Virus record (IMG/VR): IMGVR_UViG_3300028797_000007
Location: 1-64,000 of that record
DNA: 64,000 bases
Direction: 5' to 3' (one strand)
From: a virus
Lineage: Duplodnaviria > Caudoviricetes
This document shows, piece by piece, positions 32,656 through 43,522 of this stretch. Under the pieces are notes generated by a model. It was not told where the DNA came from and ran no database searches. It was given only the letters and a program-made list of their open reading frames with translations. The first letter of the stretch is position 1; every line of letters starts with the position of its first letter. The translations under genes and the position numbers were made by a program.

Positions 32656-34920
32656 TTAGGCAGTTGTTTTATTCTCTATTCAAGAGCCTTCAGATTTAGT
32701 ATAGAATTTCTTACATTGAACCCACGTGCCAGAAGAATTTTTGTACCATACCTTTCCTTTAACTCATGTACCATTAACTTTAACTCATACAACAGCTTGG
32801 TCTAATTCCCATACCGCATATAAAATAATATCAACTGTTGGGGTATATACGGCTCCTGGATTATACGTAGGAGTCGTCGCCGTATCGCTAGTGGCGAAAC
32901 CTTTTAATATATAATTTGTTCTAGTGCATTCTGCTGTAGTTGGTAATGTAACAGAACCATTAGTTGTGGAACTATTCCATTGAGCAGTTAACGTAGTTGT
33001 GTTGTCTTCATTAAAGTTAGTTGCTCCACCAGCCCAAGTAGCTCCAGTAGCACTTGATTTCCAATTATTAAAACTATATGTTGTTGTATTGATAGCGGTT
33101 TGTGAACTTTTGGTTGTAGACCCTCCGTTTGCATTAAACGTTACGGTATAACCATTAGATGTAGAATTATTACGACTAATAGCAGCCGCAATTGTTAAAT
33201 TAACTCCATAAGTTTTAGTTTGTGAACTAGGAGTCGAAGAACCCCCATTAGCTGCATAACTAATTGTATAAGTATTAAGTTGCCATACAGCATATAAAGT
33301 TCTTGTTGCATCTGGTGTATAGCTTGCACCAGGAGAATAAGTTGCACTTGTTGCACTTGAACTAGTTGACCAACCTAATAAGGTATATCCTGTACGAGTA
33401 CATTGCGCAGTAGTAGGTAATGTAACTGCGCTATAAGCCCCAGTTGAAGAGCTAAATTGCGCATAAAGAGTTTCAGCTGCACTCGGTGTATATTGAGCAC
33501 TCGCATTACCTCTATTTGTTCCACCTGACGAAGCAGTCCACCAACCAGTTTGACTGTATGTTACAGTAGCTGTTGAATTTTGACTAGTTTTAGTTGTAGT
33601 ACCTTGATTAGCATTAAAAGTAACGGTTCTTGTTGACGTAGTACTTGCTTTTGTAGCAGTTGGTAATGTTACTTTACTATAAGTACCAGTACTTGAACTA
33701 AATTGTGCATATATTTTTTCACTGGCAGAAGGTGTATATTTAGCTCCTGCAACTCCTCTGTTAGTACCTCCTGATGCAGCAGTCCACCAACCTGTTTGAG
33801 AATAAGTAATTGTTGCAGTCGAATTTAAACTTGCAGTTGAACAAGTACCTCCATTAGTCGTCGCATCAAAAGTAACTTTTCTAGTTGCAGTACCATTAGA
33901 TTTTGATGCAGAAGGCAATGTTACTTGGCTAAATGTTCCAGTGGAACTTCCTCATTGAGAATAAAGAGTTTCTGCTGAACTTGGAGAATAGGAACCTCCG
34001 TTATTACATCTTTTAGTACCCCCTGACGTAGCTGTATACCAACCATTAGAACTATAGGTAACTGTTGCGGTTGAGTTTAAGCTACTGGTTGAACAGGTAC
34101 CACCATTAGTTGTTGCATCAAAAGTAACTTTTCTGGTAGACGTTCCATTCGACCTTGATGCCGAAGGAGTAGTAATACTTGAACTTGTAGAGCTAGACCA
34201 CTGAGCCGTTAATGTAGTAGTATTATCTTCATTAAAGTTTGTTGCTCCACCAGCCCAAACCTTACTAGTTTTACTTGACTTTCATCCAGTAAAATCATAT
34301 CTCGTAGTATTAGTTGCTTTTTTAGATGTAGGACTTACACTACCTCCGTTAGCATTAAATGAAATAGTTACTCCATCCGCAGTTGTATTGTTACGGCTAA
34401 TCGCAGATGCAATTGTTAAATTAACTCCATAATACTTAGTTTGAGTACTAGGCGTTGTATTACCACCATTTGCATTATATGATATCTGCCAATTGTCGTC
34501 TCCAACATTTATCGTCCAAGTTCAAGAAGAACCAACGGGGATATACGTACCATCATTAATAGTTGCAACTTCAACAGTAATGGTGACATTTCCATGCAAT
34601 CCACTTACTGTTAAAGGAGATTCAGCACCACTATTTGAATCACGGAAGGGTGACCAATCCGTAAAATCAGAACCGGAAGGTGCTAAACCTATCCAACGAC
34701 ATTGTTTCCAATACTTAGTTCCATTTACATATATATTACAAGCATTTTCTGCTGCTGAAGAATAAGTATCTCCACCTGCATAGTTATCACGTTTACCCCA
34801 ACATTTATATATCTTAATAGAGCCCGCACTAGGTATATCATATTCCAATTGAACCATTGACCCTCTTTGAGCGGCCGTACTTGACTGGTTACAACGAGCA
34901 GTTCCTGAACGTACTGACAT
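32656..34920 (-). CDS. Putative receptor-binding adhesin with Listeria-Bacteroides (InlB B-type/Flg_new) repeats (754 aa; 6 TGA=Trp)
   Basis: Repeats V(T/S)F(N/D)ANGG...GW..LYAQW; C-terminal (W)VKVNGT(W)VKG; TGA at 34522, 34282, 33952, 32785, 32764, 32680. Confidence 0.8.
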
Positions 34921-34942
34921 AGGTTATTTCACCTCCTTTAAA

Positions 34943-36811
34943 TTATGATGTTTGAATATAAATATCGCCATTAACACCAGTAGATGCTGATGGTGTAGAT
35001 GTACCAGTATAAACTACTGGGACTAAAATATTTGCAGTAGCTGCGCTGCCATTAAATGTTGCAACATCACTACCATTTTTTTGTATTGTTAAAGTGCCAC
35101 TTGTAGCATTAGCAGTACCCGCTGTTGTGGCATAAGAAACTGCAGCCCATTGACCATCACCACGTAAAAATTTAGCTTGGTCTCCTGAGCCTGGAGCAGG
35201 AACAACTCCTGCTGTACCAGCAGTACTTGCTGTAGCACCTCCCATAACATTTGCTAATGTAATATAATTAGCATCATTAGTCCAATAACTAACATTTGTA
35301 GGTTTGTTTAATACACCAGACCATTCTACATTATCTGCTGTACCTCCACCAGTAGCACTTAATACTCCAGTACCACTATCTATACTTAAACCAGAACCTA
35401 TTTTAACTCCACCTAAAGTACCATTAACACCTGTACCGGCAATTGGTAATGTATAACCTGTAGTTGAGATTGTGATAGTTCCAGTTGTATCATCACCTTT
35501 AGTATAAGTAATAACATTATTATTATTAATTGATAAACCTTTGATATAATTTGTAATATCTAAACCGTTTTTATCACCAGTTGCGACAGTAGCTGTATCA
35601 GCATTACCTGTTAAATCACCGGTGATGTCTGCTTTAATGGAAGCAGGTAATTTTAGATTAACAGCTTGAGAACCATCTACAGCCACAGTTACAGCTGTAC
35701 CAGTTCCATCACTATTAACGATACCTATGTTACGAGAAGTTCCCCAATTCGCTGTAGTAATATTATCACTACCATCAAAACTAGTACCATTAATTGTTTT
35801 ACTTGCTGCAAGCTTAGTCGCAGTAGCAGCATTACCAGCTACATTACCTACAGTCAGTACATCAGTTCCTGGGTTATATGTAAATTGTGATGCATTAATA
35901 GTAGGTATACCATTATTACCACTTTTACCATATCATACTGCTCTATCACTATCTGAGGAAGATGTCTCTATACCTGAATAAGCAAATCCTCCAGCCGTGC
36001 TAAAAGTTTTAATACCAGTAATAGTAACATTGCCAGCTTTTTTGACATAAGTGGTATTAATTGCATTACCATCCGAATCATTAGTAGCATTGGTAGCATT
36101 AGTTGCAGTAGCTGCATTACCAGTAATATCATCAGCAGCCGTAATAAAACCGCTATCATTCGTTACATCACTTGTTTTTGTAGGAATGCTTAAATTAATA
36201 GTTTTATTTGTAGAACCATTAAATGTATCTCCTACTTGTACTCCATTCTTTTGAATTGTTAGTTCTTTTAAAACAACAACTCCAGTAAAACCATTTACTG
36301 AATTTACATCAGATGGATTACATAATACATATACACTACCACCCCAACGATATTGTTTGTTTTGATAACTACCTGTAGTCATGATAAGATAAATCTTACC
36401 TTTCTCTGGAGTTAAAGCAGTTCCCCCATCTGTAAGTGATAACCATGTGCTAGATAAAGCTGTAGCACCATCTCTAATATATGCTTCAATTACATCATCT
36501 ACATAACTAGGTAATTGAGAACTAGGCACTTTAGCTTCGCCGTCTAGTGTAGCTACTCCATTGGCTACACCCTTTTGACTTAAAGGCACATAATTACTAA
36601 AATTATCGTTTAAAACTTTACCTTGGTAAGCATCTAAAACTCCTTTACCAGCTTGTGAAGTTGTAACATTATTTTGAATTTTATATTTACCATTGTCCAT
36701 TAATTCTTGCAAAGTGACGCCATTGCTATCTGATACACCGGCTGCACTCGTAAACGGTACGAATGGTTGTCTATCTTCGTCTCTAAGCATTTTAATTGGA
36801 TATGTTGCCAT
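34943..36811 (-). CDS. Tail fibre protein (622 aa; TGA=Trp at 35933)
   Basis: KGVANGVATLD..KVPSSQLPSYVDDV, GNAATATKL, GTLGGVKIG, GASTAG-type and KFLRGDGQW motifs; ends YTGTSTPS..GDIYIQ. Confidence 0.85.
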
Positions 36812-36837
36812 CGTTATCCCTCCTTTTTTGATTATTT

Positions 36838-36875
36838 CTCTATATATTTAGTATCTTTCGACACCCTAAAATAAA
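36838..36875 (-). promoter_or_regulatory. Putative late promoter
   Basis: TTTA-N18-TACTAAATATATAGAG. Confidence 0.6.
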
Positions 36876-36903
36876 AAGAGAGGGGAATTATCCTTCCCCT
36901 CTT
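36868..36903 (-). terminator. Intrinsic terminator
   Basis: AGAGGGGAA / TTCCCCTCT stem with an A-run on the + strand. Confidence 0.7.
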
Positions 36904-38455
36904 AGTGCTCATTGTCATTAAGCTTTCATTGACCATTAACTTTAATATATAACTTCTTAGCTTTTACCCAAGAACCATTTATTTTTATATAAGTTTTTCC
37001 TTTAACCCATTGACCATCTATTTTTCTTCTAATTTTAGCTTGGTCTGCAGGAGTCTTAACAGTTAAAGTCTTTGTCGCTGTAGTATCAGAAGCATTTACA
37101 CCAGTATGGATAGCTTTCACTTGAACTTTCATATTATATGTAGTTTCTTCATTTAAACCAGTCCAATTATAAGAACTGCTTGATTGATAAGAAGTTCATG
37201 TTGAGCCTCCATCTTTACTAAAGCGATATTTTAAAGTCCTACTAGGACTTATAGAAGCACTACAATTAATAGTGCAAGAAAAAGGCAATAAATTACTAAC
37301 CGTAACACTTGAAATAGTTGGATTAGTTAATAATGTAGAATAATTATATACGGTAGCACTCGTAGTAGTACCACCAGCATTTGTAGCCTTGAATCTAAAA
37401 TCATAAGTTGTATCAGCAGATAAGCCTGTTATAGTACCAGTATTAACTGCTCCTAGAGTTTTACTTGTCCATGTTGAACTAGAAGGTAACTTATATTCTA
37501 CAACATAATTTGTCATCGTTGTACCAGTAGCACTTAATCTAACTGAAATTGAGTTAGTAGTACTAGCAGTTCTTTCCATTGACAAATTTGTTGGAGCATC
37601 TCAAGCAGTTTGAAACACTACAGTTTTTTGTGCTGCTCCCTGAGAAGTTGTTCAGGGTCCTGTTGTATTATTAGGAGTTACTCCACTAACACTCGCTAAA
37701 TGCATGTATTGACCCGGAGTAAAATTCCTAAATGCGAAAGGCCTTTCTATATAATAACTTGAGGCCGGCTCATTAGAAACACGAGTATAACTACTTCCAC
37801 CATTACTAGAAAATTCTACAGAACCGGCTGTCCCAGTGCTATATGGTTCACTACCATCTGGAGCAAGTATTTTTAGATTAAAACCATAACTTTGACGACT
37901 AGCGCTTAATGTAGTATCAACATTACTTGTTACACTTGAATTATAATAATGAACTACATTGTAAATATTGTTATCTGGTCCACTAGCATTACCGTATTTT
38001 CAGTATTCTACCGAACTGCCATGAGCCACTTGCTCATTTACTCATACTCAAGGAGTCCCATAATTACCATAACAATCCATGTTTTTGATTGATAGCTTAA
38101 CTGTTTTCTTAGGTAACTCATCTGTACTAATATCTGCATAACCAGAAGCGCTGGCTGTTTTTCATTCCCCAGTACTTCAATTAGTATAACCACAAGTCCA
38201 ACTTCCGTCTACTCTATACGAAGTCTTTGGTGACAAATTAGAAAAAGTTGCTGTACCTATATGCGTAGAATTTGGACCATAAAAAGTCATACCTTGAATA
38301 CTACCTGATTGAGTTTGCCCATTACAAGTAATAGACCAGCTACCATTATTAATTCCTATTAAGTCCCAACCAGAGCTACTACCTCCAGCATAAATATAAA
38401 TAGTAAGAGAGCTACTAGTAGAGCTACCTTTTGCAACCGAACATGTCCATCCCAT
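36902..38455 (-). CDS. Putative receptor-binding adhesin with FN3 domains (517 aa; 9 TGA=Trp)
   Basis: FN3 motifs GLSADTTYDFRFKA and GLNEETTY; C-terminal KIDGQW / KINGSW / KVNGQ(W); TGA at 38177, 38162, 38048, 38042, 38000, 37652, 37601, 37196, 36926. Confidence 0.8.
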
Positions 38456-38473
38456 AAGTTATCTCGCCTCCTA

Positions 38474-41400
38474 TTAACTCTCTATTAAAATATATAAATC
38501 TCCATCTTTACTACCAGAGACAGTAGTTGGTGCTGAAGTACCATAATATGTATTAACACCCTCTGCAGCAATTTGAGCAGAAGTGTTTGTTCTAATTTTT
38601 GAAGCAGTCCATAATACTTGGTTAGATGTACCGCTATCATTTACTGTATAAGTATTTTGTAATTTATTAGCAGTTAAAGCAACATCAGCACTATCTGCAC
38701 GAGCTGCATATTTAACTCTTTTTTCTATTGTATTATCAACATAATCTGACACTAACATGTAATTATTTAATGATACTGAAGCAAATTGTAATTTATAGTT
38801 ATCTGAACTATCTTTTCCTAATGTAATCATTTTACCTAAGTTAGCTTCATTATATGTTACTTCAGTGTCGGCTAAATTAGCAAAACTTGTAGCTCCACTA
38901 CCGGCGACAGCTGCATTAATTGTAGCTCTACCATCAGTAACAGTGACTGTTAAGTTATCACCAAAATTCCATTCGTTAATCTTGTTCCAGTCTGTTTTTG
39001 CTACAAATGATAACCAATAATCAGTTTCAACTGCACTACCAGCTACAGCCGTAATAGTTAAATCCTCTTCTGTACTACTAGAAGGTAATTTATAAGTTAA
39101 AGTATCTAAACTAGGAGTATAAGTTAATATAGTATTTGCTACCATTGAAGAAGTGGCAGTAAATTTATACGAATTATTATTATAAGTAAAATAATAAATG
39201 TGTGCTGTTAAACCTCCAGATGGAACTGTATATTGATATTTAATTGCACTTGTATCTTGAGTTGTTCCTCCACTAATATAAGGTCCTTGTGTTCCACTAT
39301 TATAAACCTTATGGTAATGATTTTTAACTAAATCATAAACATTGGTTCCTAAAACAGTTTCTTCATTGCCTGCTGTATAAGTTACTTTACCATCTGCTAG
39401 ATGTCTTAATGTAATACTTCTATCAATTGGTGTAAAAGTAACTTGGTCTACGTCCGAATATCCCGATGCATCTTCAGTAGATACATAAACTGGTAAATCA
39501 AATACTCCTTTATCTCCATTTGAATTAGTACCATAATATTGGTCTGCAGTAGCATGGTCTAATACAGATAAATGGTCTGCTATTAATGCCCTATCTACTG
39601 CACCTGCATATAAATCAGGTCTAGCAGTTGCATTAACAGCGAATTCACTTCTTAGTAAGAATTGATTTGGGTCTGTTTGACCTACACATTCAATTGTTGC
39701 CACTCTGTTCGATGTATCAACATTTACGTTAGCACCAAAGGTATAGAATTTTAATGCTGTTACATCACCTAAATTAGTTGTTTCACCTGGGTTAGAACTA
39801 CTTCCACCTATAGTTTGAATACTAATATCTTCTAATTTTCTAGACAACTCATTAATAGTATTATCAGGTAATCTATCTGAACGTATACGTCTTTCTTCGT
39901 CTGGAGTAACAAATACTCTTTGTGTACCGTTTAATAACTTAATATCATCAGTTGATAAATTATGAGGATTAACAACTGTATGTGCTGAAGCAGAATCATT
40001 AGCTGAAATAGTATTCATATGGTTTTTAGAAGCAACTACATCAGTATTTTGACTAACTCTTTCTTGTGTGAACCATAAATTAGTTGCACCACCTAAACCA
40101 TCACCTTCGTTTATATCTCCTGTCATTAAGACTACGGTCTTGGCTTCATTATTATTTGTATTATCACCAAGTCTATAACCATTAATAGAAGTATTTTTAT
40201 GTACCTTATATTTCTCTACATATTGTATTCTACTTTCATGGTCTGCTACTTGTAAATCTATATTATCTAATCTATCTTCAGCATGGAACAATCTATATCT
40301 TATGCTTTGTTCGTATCTTTGTTTATTACTATTATCTGTTGACCATACTTCTTTTTCTAAGTCTCTTAATCTATCTCTAATATAGGTTAAATCATTATCA
40401 TCTGCTAACTTATAACCAGAAGTTACTGTATTATATGTACGTAATTCATTTATTGTTTTGGTAACATTAGTTGTTATATTATCAGTAATATATTTTTTAG
40501 TATCACTATAAAGCTCTCTTGTTACATGAGAAGGTAAAAAATCTAAACTATATAAACCTTGATAATTTTCATTTTGTAAATCAAATAAATCGAAACGTAC
40601 CATAGCTGGACTTGCGTCAGCTGCATCACCACTATATAATTTAAAAGCAGTGTCAGCGAATTCTGGACTAATAGTACCTACTTGACTAATGCGTCCTAAA
40701 GTTAAAAATCTACAACAATTTGCATCATCAGTTGTAAAAGTTTCAACACCTTCAGCCTTACCTAAAACAATACGAGTTGCTTCAACATAAGGAAATTCTA
40801 TATCTATACCAAAAGTATCATTTATATTTGATAAAGCATCTGTCATAGAATTATATACTTGTGTACCATAAATAATAATATTTTCTCCATTAGGAGTAAC
40901 TAAATGTTGTTGAATTGTAAAATGTCCATCTGGGACTGCCTTTAATTCAGTACCATCCCAATATAAATTGTAAAGCAATGTACTTGTAACAATCAAATCT
41001 TTGGCTAAACCATTATCTGGTATCATATATACAAAATAAGGACAAGGTGATTGCTCGTCATAATGTTTTAAGTTAAAATCACAGCCATTATCTGTATCTG
41101 CTGGGAAATTATCTGTTAATCCAATTGTATAATTAATACCTTCATCATAATAATAACCTGGACGTCTAGCGGCATTAGCGGTATTCATACCAGCTGTAAC
41201 TAAGTTCATACCTATAGCTTGTCCGCCATTAACCATAAAACTACCTCTATCAGCAGTATAAGCTATATCAGGTAAAGTGTATAAGCAAGTACCCATTACC
41301 GTACTACCTAATTTATTTTCTATAATTTTATTAGTATTATCAACTAAGAAAGTACCAATAAAAATATGATTTGTATCATCTGTTGCAGGCATTCCTGGAA

Positions 41401-41908
41401 TTATACTATAAGCACCAGTATAATCAGTAAATATTGAATAAGCACCAGCTCCTGATACTGATGATACTATATTAAGTGTAGTCGCATCTATTTTATACAT
41501 ACCTTTTAAATAACGACCATCACCCTCTTTGTTTTTGAAATAAACTAACATTGCTGGCATGTTAATAATTTGTCTTGTATCGTCTGCTAATGTCATAGGT
41601 CCTTCTAACACTACGGCTCCCGAATTTAAGAAACCTTGTCTAAATGTTTGACCAATATCCATTATTTTATGCCATTTATCATCAGTTTTTGAATAACGAT
41701 AAAATTCACCACTTGACACTACATAACAAACTTGTCCATCTAGTGGGTCTGGTACTGCATACATGTCAGTAATTGTACTTACAACCCCGTTCTCCTCAGG
41801 GAACACTAAGTTTGTATTAGCCATACTGATGGCATTTAATAATCTTCTAAAGTTCTCATTAAGTGGAGAGGAAGTTATAGGACCACCTATTCTAATAAAA
41901 TCTTGCAT
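38474..41908 (-). CDS. Large baseplate/tail fibre protein (1144 aa)
   Basis: Follows Dit; coiled coil, NPHN motif; ends YYGTSAP..GDLYIL. Confidence 0.75.
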   Translation of the reverse strand: MQDFIRIGGPITSSPLNENFRRLLNAISMANTNLVFPEENGVVSTITDMYAVPDPLDGQVCYVVSSGEFYRYSKTDDKWHKIMDIGQTFRQGFLNSGAVVLEGPMTLADDTRQIINMPAMLVYFKNKEGDGRYLKGMYKIDATTLNIVSSVSGAGAYSIFTDYTGAYSIIPGMPATDDTNHIFIGTFLVDNTNKIIENKLGSTVMGTCLYTLPDIAYTADRGSFMVNGGQAIGMNLVTAGMNTANAARRPGYYYDEGINYTIGLTDNFPADTDNGCDFNLKHYDEQSPCPYFVYMIPDNGLAKDLIVTSTLLYNLYWDGTELKAVPDGHFTIQQHLVTPNGENIIIYGTQVYNSMTDALSNINDTFGIDIEFPYVEATRIVLGKAEGVETFTTDDANCCRFLTLGRISQVGTISPEFADTAFKLYSGDAADASPAMVRFDLFDLQNENYQGLYSLDFLPSHVTRELYSDTKKYITDNITTNVTKTINELRTYNTVTSGYKLADDNDLTYIRDRLRDLEKEVWSTDNSNKQRYEQSIRYRLFHAEDRLDNIDLQVADHESRIQYVEKYKVHKNTSINGYRLGDNTNNNEAKTVVLMTGDINEGDGLGGATNLWFTQERVSQNTDVVASKNHMNTISANDSASAHTVVNPHNLSTDDIKLLNGTQRVFVTPDEERRIRSDRLPDNTINELSRKLEDISIQTIGGSSSNPGETTNLGDVTALKFYTFGANVNVDTSNRVATIECVGQTDPNQFLLRSEFAVNATARPDLYAGAVDRALIADHLSVLDHATADQYYGTNSNGDKGVFDLPVYVSTEDASGYSDVDQVTFTPIDRSITLRHLADGKVTYTAGNEETVLGTNVYDLVKNHYHKVYNSGTQGPYISGGTTQDTSAIKYQYTVPSGGLTAHIYYFTYNNNSYKFTATSSMVANTILTYTPSLDTLTYKLPSSSTEEDLTITAVAGSAVETDYWLSFVAKTDWNKINEWNFGDNLTVTVTDGRATINAAVAGSGATSFANLADTEVTYNEANLGKMITLGKDSSDNYKLQFASVSLNNYMLVSDYVDNTIEKRVKYAARADSADVALTANKLQNTYTVNDSGTSNQVLWTASKIRTNTSAQIAAEGVNTYYGTSAPTTVSGSKDGDLYILIES

Positions 41909-41921
41909 CTTAGTGCACCTC

Positions 41922-43433
41922 CTATAAATATCTTGGTTGTAGTTCAGCGCTTAATTTAAACGCCCCTACACTAGAACCCCTATTTGTAGTTCCATTTGTA
42001 CTTCTATAATTTATATTTTGACCAGTTGTTATAGTTAAAACATCTAGGTCTACTATGGTAGCTCCAAACATTCTATATACTGTTGTATAGTTACCATATT
42101 TATCTCTAAAATCATCTTTACTAGAAAAATAATTTGTTTCCTTTCATTCTCCTGGACCTCCAGCGCTTTTTAATACTCAAACATACCATTGGTCATCCTT
42201 AACACAGACATCTCCTTCGTTAGCTGAAGAAGGTAAGTTTCCATTATTTATTTCTATATAATTAAAAGCAAAACCAGCGGGTCTAGTCACAACTCCACTA
42301 CTTATAGTAGGAGCTGGTATATCAGCAGTATAGGTATTACTATCTAATATTAATGTATTATTTTCTAAATCTACCGATTGAATTTTACTACCTCCATTAC
42401 CATTACAACAAAAATATTGTCCTAGCATATCATTATTTACTTTTAAAATTAGAGGATTTATAGAAACAACATTATTTTCTATATAAAAACTATCATACTC
42501 TATTAAATCAGTATTTTCCATATCTCTAACCCAAGTCTCTGGGATTTCTATTACACTACGATATGGATTTATACTCATTGCCGTTCCACTAAAACGACCA
42601 TAATAAATATCACCGTTTTCGTCTTGTAGTATTTGACCTACTGTATCTACAATAATATCACCTGAACAATTACTTAAATCTATTACTGTAGAGCTTCCTG
42701 TATGTGCATTATTAAATTGAATATAACTATGATTAGCAAATGTTCCAGTATGCTCTATTAAATACTTAGGTGATGATGAAGCACTACCTGGATTATACAT
42801 TGGTATTAAATATTTATTTGCATTTGCTGGTATATCTCATTCGCATTTAGGACTCATATCTTTATATAAAAGACCACTATTGTAATAATAATCAACTCCA
42901 TAGATAGTTCTAGCATCATAGATTAAATCATCTCTATAATATGCTAAACCATAACCATATGCTGAACCAACCGTTTCAAACGTTACTGTAAAATTACCAG
43001 TATAAACTGCATCTCCTTCGGCATAATCACCTAAAAAAGAATGTTGAGGCGTCTGAATAGTAGTTAATGGATAAGCTCCTAAAGTTGAAATACTAGCGAC
43101 TTTAACCAAATAATATTTATAAGGTTGGTCTGATAAAACTAATCTTCCGACTTTACGAGGGCTTAACCAAGCTCTCATTCTATCATATTCAGAAGAAACA
43201 AGGTCGTGACAAAAACAAGTAAATTGAAATTGTTGACCAGTTATTTGTGTACCATAATAATATTTACCATCATATGCTGGTACTTCTAATTTATTATCTG
43301 AAAATGTTGGCTCAATATTAAATGTATATACTGCTCCACTAGTGATATTATAAATACCCATATTAGCGCAATCTTTGCCATCAAAAATAAATGTAGAAAA
43401 TAACTCGCCAGCTTTAACTGCTCTTATTGCCAT
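41922..43433 (-). CDS. Distal tail (Dit)-like protein (503 aa; TGA=Trp at 42837, 42177, 42144)
   Basis: FIFDGKD, VPAYDGKYY, GRLVLSDQPYKYY, MYNPG, C-terminal QPRYL; directly after the tape measure gene. Confidence 0.82.
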
Positions 43434-43459
43434 ACTTTTCCCTCCTATTTCTTTAATCT

Positions 43460-43496
43460 CTCTAACAATTAGTAGTTAGAAAAGAATAAAAATAAA
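43460..43496 (-). promoter_or_regulatory. Putative late promoter (Dit)
   Basis: TTTA-N18-TACTAATTGTTAGAG. Confidence 0.6.
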
Positions 43497-43522
43497 AAGA
43501 CGAGGAGCTCATGCTCCCCGTT
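43489..43522 (-). terminator. Intrinsic terminator after the tape measure gene
   Basis: ACGAGGAGC-TCAT-GCTCCCCGT with an A-run on the + strand. Confidence 0.6.

Noticed and set aside
32900-34480. Diversity-generating retroelement template/variable repeats in the adhesin gene
   Set aside because: The repeats are in-frame tandem protein domains, differences do not appear adenine-specific, and no reverse transcriptase is in the window
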